Shown here one piece after another: positions 27,940 to 37,675 of a stretch of 64,000 bases of DNA. Location of the stretch: contig CP110439.1 of NCBI GenBank assembly GCA_026914245.1, positions 7,688,001 to 7,752,000 of the forward strand, given 5' to 3'. Numbering within the stretch: the stretch's first letter is position 1; every line of letters starts with the position of its first letter. The stretch comes from Puccinia triticina. Taxonomy: Eukaryota. The notes beneath the pieces are model-generated. The model made no database searches. It was not told where the DNA came from and worked only from the letters and a program-made list of their open reading frames with translations. Both the position numbers and the translations under genes were made by a program.

Positions 27940-28250
27940 TGGCACGAATGGACGAGCGGACCTATGGAGATGTTGGACATGAAGGGCGTGGCGGACGACG
28001 GGATGGACTTGATCCGGCCGCACATCGAGCGCGCCATGGCGTTCATCGAGGCCTGTTGCGTCGCCAGGGGAAAGGTGCTCGTGCATTGCCTCGTCGGCGT
28101 CAGTCGCAGCGCCTCCATCGTCATCGCACACGTCATGAAACATTGCCGGCTCGACCTCATGTCCGCGTACCTCATGGTCCGCTCCCACAGACTCAACATC
28201 CTCCTTCAGCCAAACCACCTCTTCATGTGGAGCATCAAACGGCTCCAAAA
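27940..28250 (+). pseudogene. Dual-specificity protein phosphatase fragment (Pps1-like C-terminal catalytic domain)
   Basis: GVADDGMD..KVLVHCLVGVSRSASIVIAHVM..AYLMVRSHRLNILLQPN; CX5R motif intact; GC-rich island lacking the rest of the gene. Confidence 0.85.
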
Positions 28251-29044
28251 CGACTTGGTTGCCTCCGCCGCTGCCAATGCTTGTACCTACAGGCCCATTA
28301 ATTCCAGATTAGTCATGAAAGCTGTACAATCATTTTACGCAATTTAACAACATACATGTTAGCTTGCACTTAACTTCTTGAGGACAGCATCCATCAAGGC
28401 TCAAGACCAAGCACAAAAGTATCATCTCCAAACATAGTTTGGTATCCAAACTGGCTATGTTCGGATATAAATTTGAGCCAATAGCATGTAAATCACAAAC
28501 AAATTGTACGCAGGTAGGCTCTTTGGTGGTTAAATAACTTCTGTGTTGTTTAATTTGAAAGCACTTCCTCAAGAGCATGGTCCTTGGGATCAAGCATTAA
28601 TTTTCAAGGGTCCAGCTCAACTCCATGTGAAGTTGCAATAAACATATTGTAGCACCTAAGGAAACTAAGCTACCAACACATAATTGTGCCCTCATATTCC
28701 CTCATGCCATGAATAGCTAGGTCACAAGCAATCCTAAATCAGAAAGTTGATGATAGTAGGAAGTTCAAGACCAATCTATAAAGAGGCGTAGAAAAAAAAG
28801 GTGATTTTTATTGAACTTGATTCAGGTGGGTGGGTGGGTACTGGGTAGGGTGATCCTCCCCAGGGAGGGAAACTCAGGGGAGGTGTCTCAAGGGAGATGA
28901 AGAGTGGGAAGTCTGAGAGATTTGGGGGCTGCATGGGCCAAGTATGTGGTGTGAACTTCACACCACATACTTGAAGGGAGATTAAGCACAAGACTATAGG
29001 ACTGAACCTGAAATCTGCAGCGGCGAAGCCGCCTTGGCCTCTAG

Positions 29045-30180
29045 TAGGCTTAAAATTCATCTAAAATCCTGAAAAGAATTATGACACATTCAAAATTCCA
29101 AAAAAGCAACTTTAAATGATTTAATTAATTTTTTGCATGCCCCCTTTTCCCCAGTGTGTACTAAGGGAATATCTTTTTTGTTACATGTACCAGGGTTCCA
29201 AAAAATTGAGGGAACATTTAAACATGCATTAGAAGCTTCCTTTGAAATTTTTGAGAGAAAAAAATAGGTACGTGGCGGGTACATGGTGTGCTTAGTAGAA
29301 AAATGACTGCTACATGTATAACTTTTTTGTTACACATTTAGAGAGTCTAAAAATTTCAATAATGTTTCTATGGTGTATATTCTGCGCGCCATTAAATTTA
29401 TAGCAATGGGGTAAACACCAAACATGAGATATAGGGGGGGCGGGCAGCCTTAATAGGAACAATCTGCCTAATTATTGAATATTTTTTTTGATAAATTTCC
29501 CAGAAGTCTAAGGACTTAAGGGGTTACATAATGATACATATTCTCTGCGCTCTGAAACTTTTGGCAATATTGGTACCTCAGAGCATGAAATATAAGGGGT
29601 GTGTGGTAGTCATATTGCCTTACTGCGCACCCCTTATATCTGATGTTCTGAGGTACCAATATTGCCAAAAGTTTCAGAGCGCAGAGAATATGCATCATTC
29701 TATAAACCCTGCAGTCCTTAGACTTCTGGGAAATTTATCAAAAAAGATATTCAATAATTAGCCAGATTGTTCCTATTAAGGCTGCATGCCCCCCCTATAT
29801 CTCATGTTTGGTGTTTACCCCATTGCTATAAATTTAATGGCGCACAGAATATACACCATAGAAACATTATTGAAATTTTTAGACTCTTTAAATGTGTAAC
29901 AAAAAAGTTATACATGTAGCAGTCATTTTTCTACTAAGCACACCACGTACCCGCCACATATTTTTTTCTCTCAAAAATTTCAAAGGAAGCTTCTAATGCA
30001 TGTTTAAATGTTCCCTCAATTTTTTGGAACCCTGGTACATGTAAAAAAAAAGATATCCCCTTAGTACACACTTGGGAAAAGGGGGTATGCAAAAAATTAA
30101 TTAAATCATTTAAAGTTGCTTTTTTGGAATTTTGAATGTATCATAATTCTTTTCAGGATTTTAGATGAATTTTAAGCCTA
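29045..30180. mobile_element. Foldback element: ~565-bp inverted arms with ~10-nt loop, TAG...CTA termini
   Basis: TAGGCTTAAAATTCATCTAAAATCCTG... mirrored across a centre near 29612; few mismatches; no TSD seen. Confidence 0.9.
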
Positions 30181-31219
30181 TTTGGGTTGCGTAGAAATGA
30201 GTAGAAAAAAACCGGGTACACACGCGGAAAAGGGGGTACGCAAAAACCGGGTACAAACGCGGAAATACCCGGGTACGTTTAGTAACCCCCTACATAAATA
30301 TAAAATACATAAAATTATATTAAATGAGAATTTACCTTTACACTGTGAAAATAGAGCACGGGTGAGAAGTATCCATTGTATTATTTATGTTACTTTTCAC
30401 ACATAGCTTTTACACGTGACAATTGGTTATAAAATGTCAAGTGTCAAAGCAAGGGAAGTTAAGTAACATAGTATAAGCTAGAGGCTACAGCGGCTGCACC
30501 ACTGCAGGTTATAGCACAAGTCCCACCTCCAGGTATGATCCCACATCAGGTTCTAAAGTCCTGTGTTTAATCCCTCCATCTAGCCAGACTTCACAGCTCA
30601 CATGGCCAATTCAACCCTCAAATCCCTCACAAAAACTTCCCATTCTTCTTTGAGACAGCTCCTTGGATTCCCTCTCTGTGCAAGATTACCCTCTCCACCT
30701 GACTCATCACCTGAATCAAAGTCAACAAAAGTCAAAATTTCCTATCTTATCCTGTGTATGTATTTTATCTTTTCAAATTGGTCTCTGGAAACTTCCTCCT
30801 ATCATCAAATCTCTGATATAGGAATTCTTTTGGCCCAGCCATGCATGAAATGAGTCCTTAAAGTATGTATTAGCAGCTTATTTCTCATGAGGTGCTGAGA
30901 TATGTCTATTTCAAATTCACATAAATTTTGGCTGGTTTGCATAAAATTCCACTTGAGCCAGGTGCTAATTGGATCAGCGAATTCCTGTGGAGAGGGGTAT
31001 TGTTCCTGGAGATGGTGGTGATGAGAGTGGGTGGGTTGGGTGGTACGTTTCTGGACGCTGAGGAAGATGAGACGCATCAGGCGACGGTCCCTGAACCGGC
31101 GAGGACTTCCATTGGCTTCCAGGAAACGGGTCATGGTCTGGACGCGCTCGACGATGCGCTCGAAGGCCTCCTCTACCCGCCGGTCTTGTTCAATTGGCAG
31201 GTAAAACGGGGCGGGGAAA

Positions 31220-31794
31220 TGTCAGGTTGTGGTTCTGCTACTCTTAGCTTTATCATACCTGCTGGTGTCACTCATTCATGACCTGTCATTTACAGGTCTT
31301 ACCCTCAATTAGGGATCTTCATGTGACACCAGTGGATGTTCATTCACCCACCTGCAGCCATTCATATCCAAGCGTCCTTAGTACAGTGGTTAGTACACTT
31401 GACATGGATATAAGAGACATGGGTTCAACTCCCATAGGACACATAATATTTTATGGAGTTTCACAGGTTATGAGCCCAGCGCTACCGCGTGATACCTAGG
31501 ATATTATGGAGTCTTGGTATGATAAACCCCTTTCATAGCACGGGGGGCTGTCAGGTTGTGGTTCTGCTACTCTTAGCTTTATCATACCTGCTGGTGTCAC
31601 TCATTCATGACCTGTCATTTACAGGTCTTACCCTCAATTAGGGATCTTCATGTGACACCAGTGGATGTTCATTCACCCACCTGCAGCCATTCATATCCAA
31701 GCGTCCTTAGTACAGTGGTTAGTACACTTGACATGGATATAAGAGACATGGGTTCAACTCCCATAGGACACATAATATTTTATGGAGTTTCACA
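31220..31794 (+). mobile_element. TRIM (mini LTR retrotransposon) with tRNA-like sequence in LTRs, Helenus-like
   Basis: Two apparently identical 246-bp TG..CA LTRs (31220-31465, 31549-31794), 83-bp interior starting with PBS GGTTATGAGCCC and ending in a G-rich PPT, exact 5-bp TSD GGAAA. Confidence 0.95.
31372..31443 (+). ncRNA. tRNA-like cloverleaf in 5' LTR (second copy 31701-31772); not a canonical tRNA
   Basis: Acceptor GCGTCCT/AGGACAC, D arm GTAC-AGTGGTTA-GTAC (A box TAGTACAGTGG), T arm ATGGG-TTCAACT-CCCAT (B box GGTTCAACTCC); anticodon arm degenerate (TGG at loop centre). Confidence 0.8.
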
Positions 31795-32895
31795 GGAAAT
31801 CCCTCTTCTTGTCGGCCCGATCTAGATCGTCCTCGAGGAACAGGACGCCTATCATCTCCAGGCCGATGTCACTGGGCATGATTTTCTTAAACATGATTGG
31901 CGGGTATTGTCGGAGATGATCAGTAGATTGGACCAGCGCGTGTCTAGGTGGAAGGGGCGCTCGAGGCCGGCATGGCCAGTCCATAGGGTGGAGAGGAGGA
32001 TCAGTTGCCAGGACCGGGATTGGAGGATGTCGGGGCCGAGCCGGGCCAGCGCGCCGTCGATAAGCTCGAGGACCAGGCCGAAGTCGACAGCCAGTGCAGG
32101 GGGAGAGAGCAGGAGAGGGTTCAGGATGGCCTGGAGGCCGACCTCCTGGCGCCACATGTGGCAATGGGCCTTGAGCCGGCCGCCGCACAAGGTGTTGTCG
32201 CGCTCAGTCAGGCTCAGGTTGAATTGAGCATCTATCCGACCACATATTTGGCCTATAAGAGAATCAGTCCGGTCCTCCAAAGCAACGGCTTGCAGGGCTG
32301 GCTTGGGAGCAGCTCGTGAAACTCCGATGAGCTCATGGGCTGGTTGGGTCCGTCGGGCTGTGTGCGATGGATGAGCTGACCCTTGGACCAACAAGATAAT
32401 TTGATCGAGCGGAGCAACTCGTGCTGTGAGACTTGAGGACGCTTGATGAGCTCCTTGGGGCAATTGGTGGAGCGCAGAAGAGTTGAGAGGATATACGGAT
32501 CCTTGAGCTCGTCCAAGCTGTCATGAACAGGCTGTCCCAGCAGCCATTTGACCGGAATCAACAATGGGGGAGCTCGTTGGATCGGCAGGCCAAATGCCTT
32601 CTCCCGTTCCTGGATCCAAAGAAGTTATTGTGAGCTACACACTCCCCAAAACATGAAAGTACTCTTACTTCTGTTGCCCTTGGTTGTTGGGCGATGTCGG
32701 ACTGGGTGGCACGCTTGAGGTGGACAAACTGGGCCGAGAGCTCGCGGACGATCGAGCTGAGCCGGTGGCGGTTGAGCGAGCAGAACTTGAGCAGCCGGGT
32801 CTCTCAGCAGTCCGGGGACTCTTCAGAGCCGGACCAGTAGGCGATCTGGTTCTTGATCTTTCCTGGGACAATGGTCCAGTTGGAAGCGGAGAGGA

Positions 32896-33112
32896 CACTG
32901 CCAGCATATTTGGCTGGGATGAAGTCATCCCAGTTTAACTGGGATGCACTCAACCAATTTAAAATGGGTTGATCTTGACCAATGAAATACAAATCCAAGG
33001 GGGGGTACCTTGGATTTATATTTCATCAGTTGAGATCAACCAAGTTTAAATTGATTGATTTCATCCCAGTTTAACTGGGATAACCTCAACCCAGCCAATT
33101 ATGCTGGCAGTG
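32896..33112. mobile_element. Non-autonomous CACTA/EnSpm-like MITE (217 bp)
   Basis: TIR CACTGCCAGCATA(T/A)TTGGCTGGG..., exact 3-bp TSD GGA, internal palindromes ATCCCAGTTTAACTGGGAT. Confidence 0.88.
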
Positions 33113-33387
33113 GGAAGAAGCAGGTTTTGGAGGCCTGGGTGAATGATTGAGGGGGAAGCCTGATCCGAAAAAATGACCGGATATTCCATGACCCTGGACA
33201 GGATATTCCGCAGGAACAAGTGTTGATGTTAGCACATGGAGTGGGAGACGGTCCGCCAGGCAACAGTGTTGCGGTGATGGCGAGTGCAAGATTGAAGTAA
33301 TACATACCCAGGGCCGCACGGATTGTATCTGACTCCTGAGGCAGTGGCATGTTGTTGTTGCCTAGCATGTGGACAAGCCAAGGAGTT

Positions 33388-34928
33388 GGCTACACAGCAG
33401 TTGCACGGATTCAGGTTTTGCCCATTGAAACTGCCGTCAAAGACAAAACACCCGCCTGATTGACCGCCCACCTGTCGGCCTCCGGTCAGCCGTCAAACTG
33501 CCAGCCAAATTAACAGCCAAACGGCCGGCACTTGACTTCAGGCAAGTTTAACATAACTTGCCTGGGGTTGGTTTGCCAACAAACGCGCTTGTGCTGGCCT
33601 CCAGGCTAACCCAAAAAAAACAGCAGAGGGGGCCAAGACAAAATCCGCCCATCAGAGGGACACATCACCCTCGGCCCTCGCCCATCCACCCGCCTCATTT
33701 TCTCTAAGTCCGCTCATCGGATCACCGCCACCCTCCATCTCCCCACCCTCATCAACCCACATCCTCAGATGTGTCCCTCTGCGCCTGCCTCCTCCTTGCC
33801 CGGCCCACACCCCATCCACAGCACGCCCACCTCCACATCACATCCTCCATCTATCAAGCTCCACACCTCGCTCGGCTGCTTCCAAGCCTTGTTCCCCCGA
33901 CTATCGCTCTTCCTCAACACCCACGATGGATCAGGTGGTCTGGATTACGCGCCCAATTGGAAGCGATCATCTTGGTTTCCTTGCCCCCCAAAACGCAGGA
34001 GACCATCCAGCAATTGACGTTCGAAAGCATGATGGAAAATGTGCATCTGACGCGTGTTCATAACCCGCAAACGTTAATCCACACAATCCACTACTGTCTG
34101 TCCATATTCCTGGGCAGACATAGCATGCCAAAGGAAGGATCTCCGGCGCGGCCAATCAAATTGATAATATTGGACTCAATCGGGGTGATCTTCTGGGCGG
34201 ATCTGGAGCAGTTGAAGCAGAGCAGTGCAAAGTTCAGGATGACGGAGCGAGCGGCGGAGATGAACCAAGTGGCGGATGGGCTGAAGGTGCTTGCGGACCA
34301 ATACCGGCTGACCGTCGTGGTCGTCAACCAAGTCTCAGATGTCATGGCCCCTCCCTCTTTCTCCTCTGAGCTTGCCCTTCCCCGTCCACACAATACAATT
34401 GTCGGTCATCCTAGCCAGCCGGGCAGCTTGGGAAGCGCTGCAATCCTTTTTCCCCTTTTCCCACTCTCTCCGGCATAACTCCTTCCACCTCTCTTCCCTA
34501 TTCCGTTTCTCTCCTCTCTAACAGTAGTTTGTTGTCCAAAAAAACCCCAATCAAAGAACAAAAAAAAATACCAATGTGCAGAAACAAGCACAGAGAGCCT
34601 GGTCAGCAGCAATGAGCAGCAATCAAGGCTGGAACGACCCGTTTCGGGGCTGGGGGGAGTAATTGCCGAGCAAAGTGCCGGCGGTTTGATGTTGAAACGT
34701 GGTCAAACGAGGGGCTTGGGTTTGACGGCAGATTGCCGGATCCCGCCCTTTCTTTTGCCAGCGTGTTGTCCATTTGCGCATCGCCGGGCGTGCTGGCAAA
34801 TTTGTCGGTCCACTTGACGGTTGACGGGAGGCCGGCATGCGAACGGTCAACGCTGGCTGGGGGGGAACCGTCAAATTGACGGCCAAAATTTGGCCGGATT
34901 GGCGGCGATGTGGAACCGCTGTGTAGTG
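33388..34928. mobile_element. Pack-CACTA-like element carrying a Rad51-paralogue fragment
   Basis: Right end reads CACTACACAGCGGTTCCAC on the minus strand; left end GGCTACACAGCAGTTGCAC (degenerate); CCGTCAA/TTGACGG subterminal repeats both sides; flanks GTT/ATT. Confidence 0.65.
33790..34345 (+). pseudogene. RecA/Rad51-paralogue (Rad57/XRCC3-like) fragment
   Basis: MENVHLTRV.., Walker B IKLIILDSIG, and ERAAEMNQVADGLKVLADQYRLTVVVVNQVSD; no Walker A or C-terminus visible. Confidence 0.85.
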
Positions 34929-36326
34929 ATTTGGCATGCGTGGCTATATAAGGAGGTCATGTCCCCTCCCATTGGTCCCCAGGGCGTCCTCTGCCGCTGT
35001 ACTTCCAGCGTGTGGTTTGCCCTCAAGCCCCTCCGCTGTTGCACTTGCACAGTTTGAGGGGCTAAAGAGTGGGCCCCCCACTGGTCTGTAGCCTTAGCTG
35101 CGGGCAGGGGGCCTTCAAGTCCATCCCTTTTGACCCGTGCACTTGACACAGGCTGGGGGGTGAGCCTGTGGATACAGCATTTTGCTGATGCTGGGGGGCT
35201 AGGTTGCATTTTTTTTTATCATTTTTTAGGGGAGATTTGTGTTGTTTTGCATGAGTTTTTGTAAAAGGGGAAACCCTTGATTTTTTTTTCCTCTCATTTT
35301 ATGTATTTCTAGGGGGAACCCATGATTTTTTTTTGTGAGTTGGAAAAAACTGTGTCTTTAATAAACTTGGATCCATTCTGCGCACGGTACTAAACTTCTA
35401 GTACTCGTGTCAAGGAAAATGTGTATAAACTGTAAAGACGGTAATCTCTACGCTTTAAAACATATTCCTCTAGGGTGTATAGGAAAACCATAGGTTTTCT
35501 CAGTCCACCCGAGTCTGGGGAAGAATTGAGTTTGTGTTTTTATCAACTCAATTGGGCTAGAAGTGTATCGGCAGATTGTGCTGTTTGTGAATGTAAATGA
35601 GGAGGGAAGCAAGGCAACACTCCACGTTCACCTCTGAAAGATTCCCCCTCTCTCAGAATCCCCATAATAGTAGGGTGGGTGGGACAGATTTTGAAAAGTC
35701 TTTATTTGACGTCTTGTTGTGCAAATAAAGTTGTAGATGGTGAAAACGCAACTGGTGGAGCTAGGAGTGTGGATGAGGTATGAAGCAGGCCGTGCCGACT
35801 TCATATAACTTCCACCCGCTCATAGTCTGCGGCAGACGCTCGGACCTCTATTTCTTGACTGACCCCCCGGTCTGCCCCAGAACAGTCCGCTTTCCCTTAG
35901 CGCTCATGGACTTAGGTACTCCCACAGTTCCTAGTTCTCATACCATCAATCCATTCTACGCGCGGTACTAAACTTCTAGTACTCGTGTCAAGGAAAATGT
36001 GTATAAACTGTAAAGACGGTAATCTCTACGCTTTCAAACATATTCCTCTAGGGTGTATAGGAAAACCATAGGTTTTCTCAGTCCACCCGAGTCTAGGGAA
36101 GAATTGAGTTTGTGTTTTTATCAACTCAATTGGGCTAGAAGTGTATCGGCAGATTGTGCTGTTTGTGAACGTAAATGAGGAGGGAAGCAAGGCAACACCT
36201 AAAAACTCAGGTAAGAATTTCTGAATTGAGCCTGAGCCCTTGGCGCGAACCCCTAAACTCAATTTACAAATTTACACACGGAAACATCTATCATACACTA
36301 AACCAACCCCCCCTAGAACCGGTTTC

Positions 36327-37409
36327 CTAGGCTGTTCCCAAACTAGGTTTCCACAAGGAATTAAGATGAGCAATTAGCTTCTTTGTGTCTTTTAACTTGT
36401 GTTTGCGGTACGTGCGGATGTATAGTTTGTAGCACGAAGACTTCCAACGGCCTAAATCGCAAATTTCTTCCTTTGCGACCGCCAGCGCGTTGCGTAAAGA
36501 AGCTCCTCCTACCCGGAAGGAGTGACCTAATAATCCCTCAAAGCCGCCTTTCCACAGTACTTCTTGTACCCTGCGTAGGGTGATACATCTTGTCAGGTGA
36601 TGGCGTGTTCCTCCTTTGTAGTAGCCAAAAAGAGAAGTCACAGAACCCTTCGCCTCTATGATACGCCGTTGTACGGCCTCAACCGGGCAAAGCATGTTGT
36701 TGAGACTGTGAAGGACTAGTTTCTGTGGTTTACCGGGGGACGCGGTTTTTGCGTTCCTAACTGTTAGGTATACGTTCCGTCCGACGGCGGTTTGCATCTA
36801 TGTCACGTCGGACGTGAGAATGGAGTATTCCATATTCAGAGGTCCCCGGCAGTTTTGGTAAGTAACCTCCCCGATTCAAGCCATTCCCCAGAAAGCGACT
36901 ATGATCAGGTCCCTAATTGCAGTATCGCTACCCGGCCTGGTTGCCAACGCATTACACAACCACACCATATGATTGAGCATTATCGCCGGTTTTATTGGCC
37001 TCAGGGGCATCGCAGCGTCGATTTTTGCAGATGCCTTTAAGATATATTTGATTCGTGTTTCTGAGACGGCAGGGAATTTCTTCTTGTGAAAAGCATGCCA
37101 GGCTTTCAAGCCATAGACGTAGTTCTTGACCGAGGATGAGTTAATCTTCTTTACATTATTTGTATAAAGGCTCCAACCTGCCCAGAAACAAAAGTCTTCT
37201 GCGTTGTCTGATGATATTGGAAGTGTGAAGTCGTCGGATGTTGTCTGACTCTTGAAAACTAAAAATTTCTTCACTGCACAATTGTAACCCACCAGCGTTG
37301 ACATTGCCCAGTGCGATAATATGTGTTTGTCTATTTTCCTTAAAACTACCGGAACACTCCCATTCTTTAAGAAAGCGCTAAGTTTTGATTCCCATTTGGG
37401 GTCATTCAT
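36327..37409 (-). pseudogene. Tyrosine recombinase of the Ngaro-like element, disrupted
   Basis: SAM-like N-domain, AFWGMA*IGE (catalytic Arg position is TGA, 36876-36878), AKTA, LCPVEA, GHSFRVGGAS, LGRWKSSCYKLYIR. Confidence 0.93.
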
Positions 37410-37675
37410 TGCAGGGGCTCACTCAGGCTAAAATCTAGTTGTAAAGGATAAAGCAATGATTCAAAAATCTCAAGAAAAGAAAGGGCTACAAGTGGTTGAA
37501 AAATAGAAAGGATCCCAATTGTCTACAAAACGATGGAAAAAAGGAAAAAGGGACCGGGAAATATCTACAAGTCCCTCACAGGCTTAGCTCAAGATATATA
37601 GTGGTACAAAATGTTGTCTAAATCTTCTGGGATCTCAAACAAACACCTGTTAGCTTCTCGATGTGAACCCTTGAT

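Larger units (their letters stand above)
26393..30290. repeat. Pair of ~110-bp inverted repeats (26393-26502 and 30181-30290), split hairpin MITE or TIRs
   Basis: GGGGGTTACTAAACGTACCCGGGTATTTCCGCG... and its near-identical reverse complement; no TSD recognised. Confidence 0.8.
31030..33330 (-). pseudogene. GC-rich, coding-like host-gene relic of unknown identity, interrupted by the TRIM and a CACTA MITE
   Basis: High GC, codon-like composition, broken minus-strand ORFs (31852-32463, 32253-32564, 32804-32895), intron-like donor near 32669; no family recognised. Confidence 0.4.
26502..35372. mobile_element. Putative TIR element (ATCYRAGTTTATTAAAGACA ends) enclosing host-gene fragments
   Basis: Inverted 20-bp ends at 26502 and 35372 plus inverted subterminal motif AATCAAGGGTTTCCCCT (26541 / ~35266-35282); a further right end of the family at ~2920-3056. 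Confidence 0.55.

Noticed and set aside
31372..31443. Functional tRNA-Pro(TGG) gene
   Set aside because: Anticodon stem mispaired, no U33, acceptor mismatch; sits inside an LTR.
31278..31825. Duplicated 72-73 aa ORFs
   Set aside because: By-product of the two identical LTRs.
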